A stretch of DNA of 64,000 bases, taken from positions 744,877 to 808,876 of the forward strand of contig NW_024055676.1 of the NCBI RefSeq assembly GCF_902713615.1. The letters run 5' to 3'. Of this stretch, positions 1 to 12,220 are shown piece after piece. Both the position numbers and the translations under genes were made by a program. Source of the DNA: Scyliorhinus canicula (lineage: Eukaryota). Under the pieces are notes generated by a model, which was not told where the DNA came from, did no database searches, and saw nothing but the letters and a program-made list of their open reading frames with translations. Numbering within the stretch: position 1 is the stretch's first letter; each line of letters begins with the position of its first letter.

Positions 1-1361
1 GCAGATTAGCCTGAATATGAATGGATTAAATGGGATTTATCCATTCAAACAATAAATGTTTAGTCGCACATGAAGTAAACGTTTTAAATGGTGTTCCAGG
101 CAAATAAATATACTCACTGAATGTTTTGTTCACTATGAGATTAAACACAATCTGAAAATAGTAACCTGACCAGATGCTATTTAATTTAAATTAGTTCTGA
201 GTAAAGGTCACTCTAGTTATTAAAGTCCGTTTGTTAAAAACCTAATGAAGTGGGAGTGAGTGGTGTTGGTGGACCCAATCCACAAGTTCAATAAGATGAC
301 TCCAATTACAAAAAATAAAATAAAATTAATTAAAAGTTTTAAAATACTGCATTGAATTCGCGGGGAATCCTGGAATATTCTCCGAGTTGTCGATCTCCGT
401 TAAACGGAGGCGTCTCTTATACCCGATTAGCACCGTGTTCTGTACAGTTTAATTTGTCTGGATTTCCATTATTTAACAGTCCCTCTCATTGCTGCTAATG
501 AGTGGAGAAATGACCAGTTCATGACCAGCTTCAGTGGAAGATAAAACATTTATTCCTGTGATATTGTGTAATATGCCACAAAGTCCTGATATCCTGTGTT
601 CCCAACACCAGTGAATGTTAGACAGCCGGTGGTCAGTAAAATTAACGGCAATGGTTTGGATGCTGAAGGATAACTTTGCTGATCACCGTGTCCGTTCTGA
701 TTCATTAACTTCTCTGTCAAAAGTTGGTGTGCATTTTATGTTTCTCTGTCAACTCACTGTTGAATTATCAGGCAAGCGGCTTCTTTTACCGCTAATGTTC
801 ACAGGACTGTCTGAGGCTGAGGGACAGTTCGAGAAATGTAAAGAGAGACTTTTTGTAATTTGAGAGTTTCTTCTTGTCTACAGACCCACATTGTACAGTG
901 ATGGCTATCCGCACTGCAAATGTAATCACGTCATTCATTCCCTCATTTAGTTACATTATGTCTGATAAATTATACTTTATTGTTGCAATGGGATAGAGTC
1001 CCGGAGTGTTGCAAATCTGAGTGACAAACGATTTATTCCCTGATAGTGTAATTTAATCTGTTTATGTTCATCCCTTTATATTGGAGTGCAGAAATAAAGA
1101 GACTTAATATATAATGGAATTCGATTTTACTTAGAGATGTTTAAATATCATTTCCCATTCAGATGAGGATAGACATTACAATGAATCCATTCAGCCAAAC
1201 AAATATACCGATACCGATCTAATATCGTTTTTTAAATAATAACCTATTTAAATATCTGTGTCCATTCTGTTGGGGGTGTGGAAGGCGGGACGTGGATCCA
1301 GTCGCCGCCTCCACCAGGGAATCAACAGGCGGCGCCTGGAAAGCCGCCCCCTTCTGCCGGG

Positions 1362-1370
1362 TATTTAAAT
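1362..1370 (+). promoter_or_regulatory. TATA-like box of the VH promoter, in a GC-rich proximal region
   Basis: TATTTAAAT about 80-90 nt upstream of the leader ATG, with GGCGGG/CCGCC boxes nearby. No perfect octamer in the proximal promoter, as expected for shark IgH promoters. Confidence 0.45.
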
Positions 1371-1448
1371 GCCGCTCACTGGGACCCGAATCCAACAGTC
1401 CGGGAGTTGGTTTGTTCACTGAGTTCCTGACACAACCATTTCCCCCAA

Positions 1449-1506
1449 ATGACCAGAAGGATGAGGTGGGCCATTTCTCTCAGTTTGTTGCTGACTTTCT
1501 TATCCC
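1449..1506 (+). CDS. IGHV: IgH V leader exon, (MTRR)MRWAISLSLLLTFLS
   Basis: In-frame ATGs at 1449 and 1461, hydrophobic signal peptide, phase-1 donor C|GTGAGT at 1507 joining the acceptor at 1634. Confidence 0.9.
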
Positions 1507-1634
1507 GTGAGTAGTTTTTATTGTCCAAGTCTCTCACTGTTACTGTCTCAGTGTTAGTCTCTCTCTGGAATGTTCCAGAGTCACCAATCATTTCACCAGC
1601 ATTAATCCTCGGGCTTTTTGATATATTTTTACAG

Positions 1635-1939
1635 GTGTCCAGTCGGATGTTGCATTAACTCAGCCGGAGGCAGAGACCGGGCGTCCCGGAGGCTCCCTGA
1701 CACTGACCTGTAAAACCAGCGGCTTCAATCTTGGCAGCTACTGGATGGGTTGGATCCGCCAGGTTCCCGGACAGGGGCTGGAGTGGCTGGTGAGCTACCA
1801 TTCTTCATCCAGCAACAGCTACGCCCCAGCAATTAAAGATCGATTTACTGCGTCCAAAGACACTTCGAACAACATCTTCTCTTTGGCCATGACGAACCTG
1901 AAGACCGAAGACACCGCCATCTATTACTGTGCAAGAGAC
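1635..1939 (+). CDS. IGHV: IgM VH exon, unrearranged, open frame
   Basis: ttttacag| acceptor. Translates [54 protein letters not shown]...[32 protein letters not shown], with both Cys, the core Trp and YYCAR. Confidence 0.97.
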
Positions 1940-1978
1940 CACAGCGAGAGGAACCAGGGCTGGACCCGCACAAGAACA
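1940..1978 (+). other. VH 3' RSS, 23-bp spacer
   Basis: Heptamer CACAGCG 1940-1946, 23-nt spacer, nonamer ACAAGAACA 1970-1978. Confidence 0.93.
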
Positions 1979-2333
1979 GCTCGAGAGGGAATTCAGCAAC
2001 TTGCAACTTAACCTGAAGGTCAGTACTTGATTCAAATGTAATATTAATGTCAGTGATCAGAGTCAAAACACAAGCTGCTTCTTACATAACTAACACAGAG
2101 AAAATTAAACAGTAAAACCTAACAAACCAATCGATCTAATAGGATGAGCTTTTGTCTGTTTATTTCAGCAATGACAGACCTGGATATAATCATCGTTTTA
2201 TTATTTCTGATACTTGGAGAAAGTCTCTGTACATTGGGTTTGATAAACTGCTGTATAAATTGTAAATTAAATCAGAAGTAAACTTGTATTTGAAGTGAAC
2301 ATTGAGCGGCAGGACTGAACAGAGAGTGAGTGC

Positions 2334-2411
2334 AGTATTTGTGCGGCTGTCTGTCACTGTGACTACAGTGGGTCACAGTGCTGTGCACAGCGACATCCTC
2401 ATACAAAAACC
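2334..2411 (+). other. IGHD: D1 segment (ACTACAGTGGGT, 2362-2373) with 5' 12-RSS and 3' 22-RSS
   Basis: AGTATTTGT-12-CACTGTG | D | CACAGTG-22-ACAAAAACC. All three D frames are open (TTVG, LQW, YSG). Confidence 0.93.
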
Positions 2412-2712
2412 TCAGTGAAAGAGTTTGTTCAAATTGGTGATCAGCGTCACAGCAGGATTGCCAACTTAAATGAGGCTTAAATAAAACACAATATTAGTTT
2501 ATAAAAAGGTATAAAAATCTTCCACTTTATCTCTGTTGACCGACACGCTAAATGTGCACAGAGGGTTTAAACGTGTTCCGATCCTCTTTATAAATGTAAT
2601 GACCAGGACACGCTGAAATAGCTCACCCATTCGCTCTTGGAAGAGACAGAGTTAGTTTTTTGGGAGAGCAGTGAAATTAAATCTCTGTATTTTACAGTTA
2701 ACAGTCTGCCGC

Positions 2713-2778
2713 AGTATTTGACACGCTGTGTCTCACTGTGATAACTGGGGCACAGCAGTTACTGTCAATACAAAAAGC
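2713..2778 (+). other. IGHD: D2 segment (ATAACTGGGG, 2741-2750) with 12-RSS on both sides
   Basis: AGTATTTGA-12-CACTGTG | D | CACAGCA-12-ACAAAAAGC. The 5' RSS is homologous to that of D1. Confidence 0.92.
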
Positions 2779-3104
2779 CCCTCAGCACTAATTAACTGAG
2801 GCTGGCTCAGTGCTCGCTTTTACAATCCAACTTTATTCACAGTGAAGTATTAATTATGTTCATCACTGCCCAAATAACGAGAAATAATTTGGGAACACTG
2901 ATAATTATTCACGAAATCCGTTCGCGTTTTCAGTAACATGCCCATGTGTTACTCTGAAATATAAACATTAGGGTCATTTCTGAGCAGCAAGCGAAATCCA
3001 CAAATACAATTATAAATTAATGAAAATTCATTGTGACTTTACTTTGCCGTTGGTTTGTGAATATTTAAAACAGTGGTGGATTTCTGTCTATTTTGTGCAG
3101 GTGC

Positions 3105-3143
3105 GGTTAATGTATGGAGCTGCCCAGGGAATGTGACACTGTG
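3105..3143 (-). other. JH 5' RSS, 23-bp spacer
   Basis: GGTTAATGT 3105-3113, 23-nt spacer, CACTGTG 3137-3143. The nonamer deviates in the A-tract. Confidence 0.85.
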
Positions 3144-3191
3144 ACTACTTAGACTACTGGGGACAAGGCACCATGGTGACGGTGACTGCAG
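3144..3191 (+). CDS. IGHJ: Single JH segment, YLDYWGQGTMVTVTA
   Basis: WGQG motif and phase-1 donor G|GTAAG at 3192. Confidence 0.96.
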
Positions 3192-3467
3192 GTAAGAACC
3201 GTACAATTATTTCATGCTGTTTTATTTCAGTCGTTGTTTTCTATTTTGATCTATTTTAACAATTCATTCGTTCACTGAATTGCGTGTTTGCTGGATTCTG
3301 TATTGACATTTTGTTGTAATGTTTCACGTGATTCTGCTGAAAAGGGTTCGAGAATTACTCTGCCTCTTGACACAAAGGTGCTGCTGAGGGATTTAGTCCC
3401 TGGTTATTGTGATTTGGTGTTTATTTCCTGAGGATACTGTGTGGCTGGGTTACTTTAAATATCAAAC

Positions 3468-4560
3468 GTCTGTTAAACAGTTTGGCGTTTCTGCAATGTT
3501 TAATGTCGGCGACTGTGTGTCTGGGTGACTTTGAATAAGTACAATTTGTGAAGCGGTTTGGCGTTTCTGTATTGTTTCTGCATTGTTAATATTGGGTTCG
3601 ACTGTGCAGGTTAGGTGAATTGGCCATGCTAAATTGCCCCTTAATTGGAAAAAAATTATTGGGCACTAAATTTAAAAAAAAGTCTCGGTGACATTTGGTG
3701 GTTGCAAGTTTTACCACCAAGTGTTAGAACTCGAACCCAATATTAACAAAAAACTCTAAAGTTTCTGCGTCAATTTATTGATCATGTTCAGCTTATTCAC
3801 AATGCTGAGGATATTCTTCCATATTTCTGTTTAATTATTCATTCATTTGATGACAAGCGGATTTGGTGGCTTCTAGATTGATATTTTCTTTAAATGTTAT
3901 GTTTGGTTCTTTTGAAACTATTTTTTGAATTGAGCTGCTTCTCCATGAAGCGAGTTTCAGTCCCTCGGTGATGTGATGTCGTATTTTTCTTGTATCTGGG
4001 TGACATTGAATAAGGAAAATGCGTGAAACGGTTTGGCGTTTCCGCATTGTTTAAACTCGGTGACACCGACTGGTTACATGTTTTGTAATTGAATGAAAAC
4101 AATATACGCGTTTGGACCTACTTGACACATGATTAGAGGCAGAAAACAGGCATGATTGTAGATTAAACGTAGCCATGGTTCAAGGCACCCTTTCGAATGT
4201 AAGTTATTTCTGCAATAACAGCCTGGCTTTTCTGCAATGTTTGCTCTCGTGGGTCGAGCTGGTTTGCTGCATTTGATATTGAGATGTTTTTGAAATGTTA
4301 AGTTTGATTCTGTTAAGTGTAGAATTCTCGGAAATGGGTTTCAGTCCCTCAGTGATGTGTTTTGTTGTTGTCTTGCTGAGAGGCTTGTGTGTCTGGGTGA
4401 CTTTGAATAAGTACAATTTGTGAAGCGGTTTGGCGTTTCTGTATTGTTTCTGTATTGTTTAAACTCGGTGACACTGAGCGGTTACAGGTTTTCTGGTTCA
4501 ATGCAAACAGTCTACGTGTTTGAATCTCTTTGGAACACGATTGGAGTGAACAAATCGGCA
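3468..4560 (+). repeat. Three diverged ~130-250 bp modules downstream of JH
   Basis: Shared core GGGTGAC(T/A)TTGAATAAG...GAA(G/A)CGGTTTGGCGTTTC. Positions 3514-3580 and 4386-4452 are identical over 67 nt. Confidence 0.75.
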
Positions 4561-5466
4561 GGTTTCGGAAATAAAGAAACGAATTACAGATATATTAGGG
4601 TATTTTTAAAATGTTAACTGATGGTTACATAGAACATAGAACAGAACAGGCCCTTCATGTTGTGCCGAGCCATGATCACCCTACTCAACCCACGTATCCA
4701 CCCTATACCCGTAACCCAACAATTATTAAATTAAGCAAGAACTTTTCTCCTTAGTTTGTTCATTATGTTGCCGTGCTGTATTGGATCTGAATGAAGTGTT
4801 TTCACAATGTTTCACACTGATTAAATTGGATCTCCTTTTTTTAACAATATTTTTAATAATTAAATTACAGGGATTGCCTGAGTTCTTAAATCTAGGAAGC
4901 ACTTTTATTCATCACAAACTGCCAGGGTCTTTACATGTGTAAATATATATAGTTTCAAATCATGACAGTTTATCAACTCGGGAGAACCGCTTTGACACAC
5001 AGATGATATATTCTACGTGTCTGAATGTTTCCATCCGGCTATTTTAAGTTTATTGTTTAACTTTGCCAAAGATTTAATTAAACCTAAATTATTTAACAAA
5101 GTTTCAAGCTGGAGCAGGTTTCGAATTATAGAAAAACATTTTTGTATTATTTATATTATGGTACAGATCAGTTAACAAGGCAACGAATAGACATTACCAA
5201 TAACTAGCAATGCAATATTAGTACTAACTAATTCAACATAAGCGACCTCCTGCAATTGACACACTGGCGCGCAATATCAAAGCTTTTGGAGAATGTTTAA
5301 TTGTACCGAAAATGAATTTAGTTACAATGCATTTCCTTACTCGGGTCGATGCAGTGTGTCGCGTCGATTCAGGTAATCAGTTTTCGATGTGAATGTTTCC
5401 TGGTTTCTATCTTTATTTCAAACACTGATCTCTGTGATGAACATTAAACTACATAAAGTGCTGATG

Positions 5467-6276
5467 GAGAATCCGTGGAGAATCTGTGGACTTTTACGAC
5501 AGTAAAACCGGCGCCACACCTGGACCGATTCTGCTACCGTTGAGGGGCTAGCACCCGTACCGCGTGGAACACACTCGATTCCACTGAAAAATGGTGCAGG
5601 ACACGCCGGATCCGTGATCGACACTCTGCAGGCTGACAAGCTGCAGCCACACATACACATTACAGTCCCCACACACACATATCCCAGCCAACAAGATGGT
5701 ACTGGTTATGCTGGAGTGCACCCATACAACCAGTCGGCTGGGGCCAGAGGGCACCAGGTTCAAAGTGGGCTGTTAGTGGTGTGCGCAGTTGCATGGCTGC
5801 TTTGCCGGCGGCGTCAATGGTATACTATGTTTGTCCACCCCCCTCCCCCACACAGCCCACCTCCTGGTCAGTCCCGCTATTACCCACGGCCCTGGCAGAA
5901 GCCCCCTAGCCAGCGGCACAACTGTCTGCAAACTAAGGCGATGTTGGACACCTTCCATACCCCCTCTCCCTTCCTCAGCAGCCACCACGCCAGATTCACG
6001 ATTTTTAAAAGCACAAGTGAACCACGCCATTGGGAACGCAGCTAATCGGAGGTGGAGAATCGCAATGACCCTGGCGATACCAGCTTGGGCCCGTTAATGA
6101 TTATGCAAATGGTGCCCACTGTATGTGTGGAGTCAAACGCATTGACGCCGTTTTTGAGGTAATGGAGAATCGTGATTGGCATCAAATCTGGGCCTGTCCT
6201 GACTTTGGTATCGGAAGCTATTCTCCGCCAAATCACATTTCCCAATTTCGATGTCAGTTTATGGAAAATCCCGCCC
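5467..6276. mobile_element. GC-rich MITE-like element of the GGAGAATC/GATTCTCC family, partial
   Basis: Several GGAGAATC motifs and a terminus GGAAAATCCCGCCC (6263-6276). Related elements lie at about 29.5 and 48.3 kb. Confidence 0.5.
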
Positions 6277-6279
6277 TCT

Positions 6280-8230
6280 GTCTCTCACACATACACACAC
6301 ACAGCCTCACACGCCCATTCTCTTCCATGCCCTCGCTATCGTTCTCTCTCTCCAACTATCTCTGACACACAAACACTCTGTCACCCACTCTCTCTCACAA
6401 CAGGCACATTATCACAGGGGCTCTCACAATCGACACCACAGAGGCTGGTTTAGCTCACTGAGCTCAATAGCTGGCTTTTCAAGCAGACCAAGCAGGCCAG
6501 CAGCACGGTTCAATTCCTGTACCAGCCGCGCCGGAATGTGGCGACTAGGGGCTTTTCACAGTAACTTCATTGAAGCCTACTCGTGACAATAAGCGATTTT
6601 CATTTTTTCATTTCATCTCCCTCTCTATTTCTCTTCCACACACTCATTCTCTCTCAAATGCATTCGCTCTCAGACACTCTCATTCTTTCTCACATGCAAT
6701 CTCCCAAACACACCTGCACACTGTTTCACATGCACTATCACAGTCTCACTCCCAAAAATAGCATATATGTCTCACACTCTCTCACAAACACACACAGAGG
6801 CACGTTATTACTCTCTTTCATACACTCAATCTCCCTCTCTCACAGGCTCTCTCTCACACACACTCTCTCTCGCATAAATTATCTCTTGCACACACGCACC
6901 CTCACACGCACTCTCTCTCATACACATGCTCTCTCATACACATGCTCTCTCATACACACGCTCTCCCACACACCCGTGCTCTCATACACAGTCTCTTGCA
7001 TACCATGCTCTCTCACATACGCGCTCTTTTGCACACATGCTTTTTCGCACACAAGCTCGCACACATGCTCTCTCCCAGACTCACACACATGCTCCCTCTC
7101 ACACATGCTTTCTCACCCACACACTCTCTCACACATGCGCTCTCTTGCACTCATGTTCTCGCACACACACTCTCTCGTTCTCACACTCTCTCACACACAG
7201 GCTCACTTGCACACCTGGTCTCTTGCACACATGCTCTTTCACACATACCCTCTCTCACAGAACCTCTCTCTTGCACACACTCTCTGACACACATGTGTTC
7301 ACACACACACTCTTGCACACATTCTCTCACACACACAGGCTCTCTTCCACACACACTCTCTCACACACATGCTCTCTCACATACATGCTCTCTCACATAC
7401 ATGCTCTCTGAGGCACACGCTCTCTCTCATACATATGGTTTCTCACACACACGTATCTTTTTGCACACATGCTCTCTCACACATATTCTATCTCACACAT
7501 TCGGTCTCTCACATACACGGTAGCTCACACTCACACTCTCTCGTATACAGGCTTTCTCACACATTCTTTCACACACATGCTCTCGTGCACACACGCTCTC
7601 TCACATGCATGCTCTCTTACACACACTCTCTCACACTCACGTGCTCCACCACACGTACCCTCTCACACTCATGCTCTGTCACACACACACACTCTCTCAC
7701 ACATACATGCTTTGCCACACATGCTCGCTCACACATACTCTATCGCACACACACGTGCTCCACTACACATTCTCGCTCACATACACACTCTCTCACACAC
7801 ATCCTTGCATGCTGGTGAACACAGGCTTTCTCACACATACGCTTTCTCACACAAACACTCTCTCACACGTACGTGTTCNNNNNNNNNNNNNNNNNNNNNN
7901 NNNNNNNNNNNNNNNNNNNNNNNNNNNNNNNNNNNNNNNNNNNNNNNNNNNNNNNNNNNNNNNNNNNNNNNNNNNNNNNNNNNNNNNNNNNNNNNNNNNN
8001 NNNNNNNNNNNNNNNNNNNNNNNNNNNCACAGTTTCTCACACACATGCTCTCTCAAACACATGCTCTCTTGCACACATGCTCTCTTGCACACTCACACAT
8101 GCACTCTCTCATACACACAGTCTTGATCTATCTCTCTCAGAAACACACACACATTTACACGCATGTATGCACATACATATGCAGCCACATACGCACACTC
8201 TCTCACGCACACACACTCTTCGACACACAG
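6280..8230. repeat. (CA/CT)-rich low-complexity tract (CACACATGCTCTCT-like) spanning an assembly gap
   Basis: Degenerate dinucleotide repeat with 149 N at 7879-8027. The His/Thr/Leu/Ser ORFs here are artefacts. Confidence 0.9.
6441..6616 (+). mobile_element. Short tRNA-derived SINE with a (TTTCA)n tail. Other copies at about 11606-11715 (+, truncated), 16815-16994 (-) and 63253-63433 (+)
   Basis: GGCTGGTTTAGC A-box, GGTTCAATTCC B-box and the shared body GGAATGTGGCGACTAGGGGCTTTTCACAGTAACTT...GACAATAAGCGATTTTCATTT in all copies. Confidence 0.85.
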
Positions 8231-8245
8231 GTGAAAATGACTGAA

Positions 8246-9135
8246 TTTGACATCAAGGCAGCATTTGAACGAGTGTGGCGTCAAGCAACCCAAACAAAAT
8301 GGAATCGATGGGAATCAGGAGAACAATCTCTGCTGGTTGGAGTCATAACCAGCACCAAGGCAGATGGTTTCCGCTGCTGGAGGTCAATCATCTCAATTCC
8401 AGGACATCACATCAAAAGTTCCTCAGAGCATTGTCTTTTCAGTTTATTCGCCAATGACCTTCTTTAAATCATAAAGTGAGAAGTGGGGTTGTTCTCTGAT
8501 GATTGCAGCTTGTTCAGCACCATTATTAACTGTGCAGATACTGAAGAGGTTTATCTGCAAATAAAACAAGATGGGGGCTATGTCCAGGCTTCGGCTATCA
8601 AGTGGTCAGTAACAATCACGTCACACACTTGAAGGAAATGGTCACCCCAGCAAGAATGGATCTTATGATCACCTCTTGGCATTCATCATTGAATCCCCCA
8701 CCATCAACATGCGAGGGATTAACATGGACCTGAAAGTGATCTGGATGAGCCACGTACAATTTGTGGCCAGAAGAACTGATCAGAGGTGAGGAATCCTGCG
8801 GTGTAAAACTCAACTCCTGTCTCCCCAAAGCTTGTCTACCATCTAAAGATCCACTGCAGAAGCTCATGAAGACTCCTTAGACAATACCTTCGAAACCCAT
8901 GACATTACAATGTGGACAAGGACAGCAGACACACCAACTGTAAGTTCTTCCCCAGGTCACTCAACACCATTCCTTCAATTTCGCTGGTTCAACATCCTGT
9001 AACTGCCCCCGACACAACACCAGATGGACTGAGTGGTTGATGAAGGAAGCTCACCACCATCTTGTCAAGTGCAATAAGGAATGGGAAATAAATGCTGGCC
9101 GAGCCAGAGACGTCTACATCACAAGAATGAATAAT
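8246..9135 (+). mobile_element. Decayed non-LTR retrotransposon (CR1/L2-group) RT and 3' fragment
   Basis: FDIKAAFERVW and downstream RT-like segments across frames. Same family as the fragment at about 59.7-61.0 kb (-). Confidence 0.75.
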
Positions 9136-12100
9136 ACAACACACTCTCTCTGACACAGTATTGCAATAATATTACTAAAAATTCCCATTTGCAAAATGAA
9201 AATGCATTAAGTTGCAGAAATGTTCATTGTTCCAGTTCTGAATTGTTTAGTGAAAAATGAAATGACATCGGCATTAAAGCAGCTGCCCAGTGATCTACAC
9301 TGCTGCCTGACTTTACACAGCCGGTGTTACTGAAAGTATTAAAGTAGCTGCCCAGTGATCTACACTGCTGTCTGACTGTACACAGCCAGTGTTACTGAAA
9401 GCTGATCAATGTGGAGAATAAGGACAGGATGGATGGAGAGGAAGAGGAGGGGGTGGGGAGCCGAATGGAGGAGCCCCCAGCTCGGCTGTGGATAACAGGC
9501 AACAGAAAGCTGAGCCTGAGCGGAAAATCATCCAGGGAAACATCGTCCTAATGGGCTGGGAGCACCCGGGAATGATCACTCACACACGGTCACTCACTCA
9601 CTCACTCACTCACCTATCTTCACTCATTCACTTACCCTCATTCACCATGCTCACAGTCACTGATTGACCCTCACTCCCCCATCCTAACACCCACCCTCAC
9701 TCACCTACCCTCACACTCACCTTCACTCACCCACCCTCACACCCACCCTCACTCACCTACCCTCACACTCACCTTCACTCACCCACCCTCACACCCACCC
9801 TCACTCACCTACCCTCACACTCACCCTCACTCACCCACCCTCACACCCACCCTCACTCACCTACCCTGACACCCACCCTCACTCACCTACCCTCTCATCC
9901 ACCCTCACTCACCCACCCTCATTCACTCAGCCTCACTCACCTACCATTCCATCCATCCTCACTCACCCACCCTCATTCACTCAACCTCACTCACCTACCC
10001 TCACTCAACTATCCTCACACTCCCACCCTCATTTACACACCCTCGCATACCCCCCATCTACTGTCACACCCACCCTCACTCTTGAACACTCACCCAAGCG
10101 TACTCACACGTTCCACACTCACTCATCCTCCCTCCCTGACACACACTCATTCACCGACCCTCCCTGACACACTCTCACTAACCCACCCTCCCTTACATAC
10201 TCTCACTCACCCACCCTCCCTGACACACTCACACCCACCCTCCCTGACACACTCTCATTCACACACCCTCCCTGACACACTCCCTCACCCACCATCCCTG
10301 ACACACACTCACACACCCACCCTCCCTGACACACTCTCACTCACCCACCCTCCCTGACACATTCTCACTCACACACCCTCCCTGACACACACACACACTC
10401 ACCCACCCTCCCTGACACACACACCCTCCCGACACACTCTCACCCACCCACCCTCCCTGACACACACACACTCACCCATTCTCTCTGACACACTCTCACT
10501 CACCCACCCTCCCTAACACACTCTCACTCACCCACATTCCCTGACACACTCATTCACACACCCTCCCTAACACACTCTTACTCCCCGACCCTCCTTGACA
10601 CACTCTCACTCACCCACACTCCCTGACACACTCTCACTCACCCACCCTCCCTGATACTCTCAGTCAACGACCCTCCCTGACACACTCTCACACACCCACC
10701 CACACTCACCCACCCTCCCTGGCACAGTCACACTCACCCACTCTCCCTGACACAGTCTCAATCTCCCACCCTCACTCACCCACACTCCCTGACTCTCTCA
10801 CTCACCCACCCTCCCTTACACACTCTCACTCACCCACCCTCCCTGACACACTCACACCCACCCTCCCTGACACACTCTCATTCACACACCCTCCCTGACA
10901 CACTCCCTCACCCACCATCCCTGACACACACTCACACACCCACCCTCCCTGACACACTCTCACTCACCCACCCTCCCTGACACATTCTCACTCACACACC
11001 CTCCCTGACACACACACACACACTCACCCACCCTCCCTAACACACTCTCACTCACCCACATTCCCTGACACACTCATTCACACACCCTCCCTAACACACT
11101 CTTACTCCCCGACCCTCCTTGACACACTCTCACTCACCCACACTCCCTGACACACTCTCACTCACCCACCCTCCCTGATACTCTCAGACAACGACCCTCC
11201 CTGACACACTCTCACTCACCCACCCACACTCACCCACCCTCCCTGGCACAGTCACACTCACCCACTCTCCCTGACACAGTCTCAATCTCCCACCCTCACT
11301 CACCCACACTCCCTGACTCTCTCACTCACCCGCCCTCCCTGACACACTCACCCACCACCCTCCCTGACACATTCTCACTCACCTACCCTCACTCGCACCC
11401 CCACACACTCACCAATCCTCATTCACCATCACTCATCCTCATTGTCTTACCCTTACTCCCCCAACCTAGCTCACTCACTCTCATTCACACACTCTCACTC
11501 ACTCTCCCTCACTCACCCACCCTGATTCACTCACCCTCCCTCACTCATTCATCCTGAAACACCCACCCACCTTCACCCATCGTCACTCACTCACCCACCC
11601 TCACTCTCCGAACAGGCGCTGGAATGTGGAGACTAGGGGCTTTTCACAGTAACTTACTTGAAGCCTACTCGTGACAATAAGCGATTTTCATTTCATTTTC
11701 ATTTCACTTCATTTCCCACCCACCCTCACTCATTCTCACACACCCTCATTCAGTAACCCACACTCACTCACACATTCTCCCTCATCCTCATTCAACTACC
11801 ATCACTCACCCTAACTCACCCACACTCACTCACCCTCTAACTCATCATCACTCCCCCGTCCTCCCTCACACGCCTACCCTGACGCATTTCACCCTCACTC
11901 ACATAGCCTCACTCATTCACCCTCACTTACAAAGACTTGTACCCACCCTCTTTCACGCGCCTTCACTCACACTTCCTCACTCACACACCGGACACACCCA
12001 CTCACCGTCACCCACTATCACTCGCCCTCATTTACTCCCTCACCCACACTCACTCCCACTCACCCACACTCACTCTCTCACTCTCATTCACGCACCCTAA

Positions 12101-12220
12101 TTCACCCTCACTCACACACCCAAACTCATACACACACCCTCATCCACCCACACCATCCCCTCACTCACTTTACCACCATCACGCACCCACCCTCACTCAC
12201 CCTCCCACTAATTATCAATG

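Noticed and set aside
901-1020. CRE-like TCACGTCA and octamer-like CTGCAAAT/TTGCAAAT upstream of VH
   Set aside because: All are imperfect and 350-450 nt from the TATA-like box, so they cannot be supported without cross-cluster alignment.
1925-1931. Embedded heptamer TACTGTG at the VH 3' end
   Set aside because: It is dictated by the Tyr-Cys-Ala codons and is a common feature of VH genes.
2386-2392. Second heptamer CACAGCG inside the D1 3' spacer, a possible dual 12/22 RSS
   Set aside because: It is only 10 nt from the nonamer, outside the tolerated 12 +/- 1 spacing.
6103-6110. Perfect octamer ATGCAAAT in the J-C intron
   Set aside because: It lies inside a MITE-like repeat with no accompanying enhancer motifs, and a single 8-mer is expected by chance in a window this size.
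6251-8467. Many long His/Thr/Leu/Ser ORFs, some spanning the N gap
   Set aside because: Translations of CA/CT low-complexity DNA, with no splice or domain evidence.
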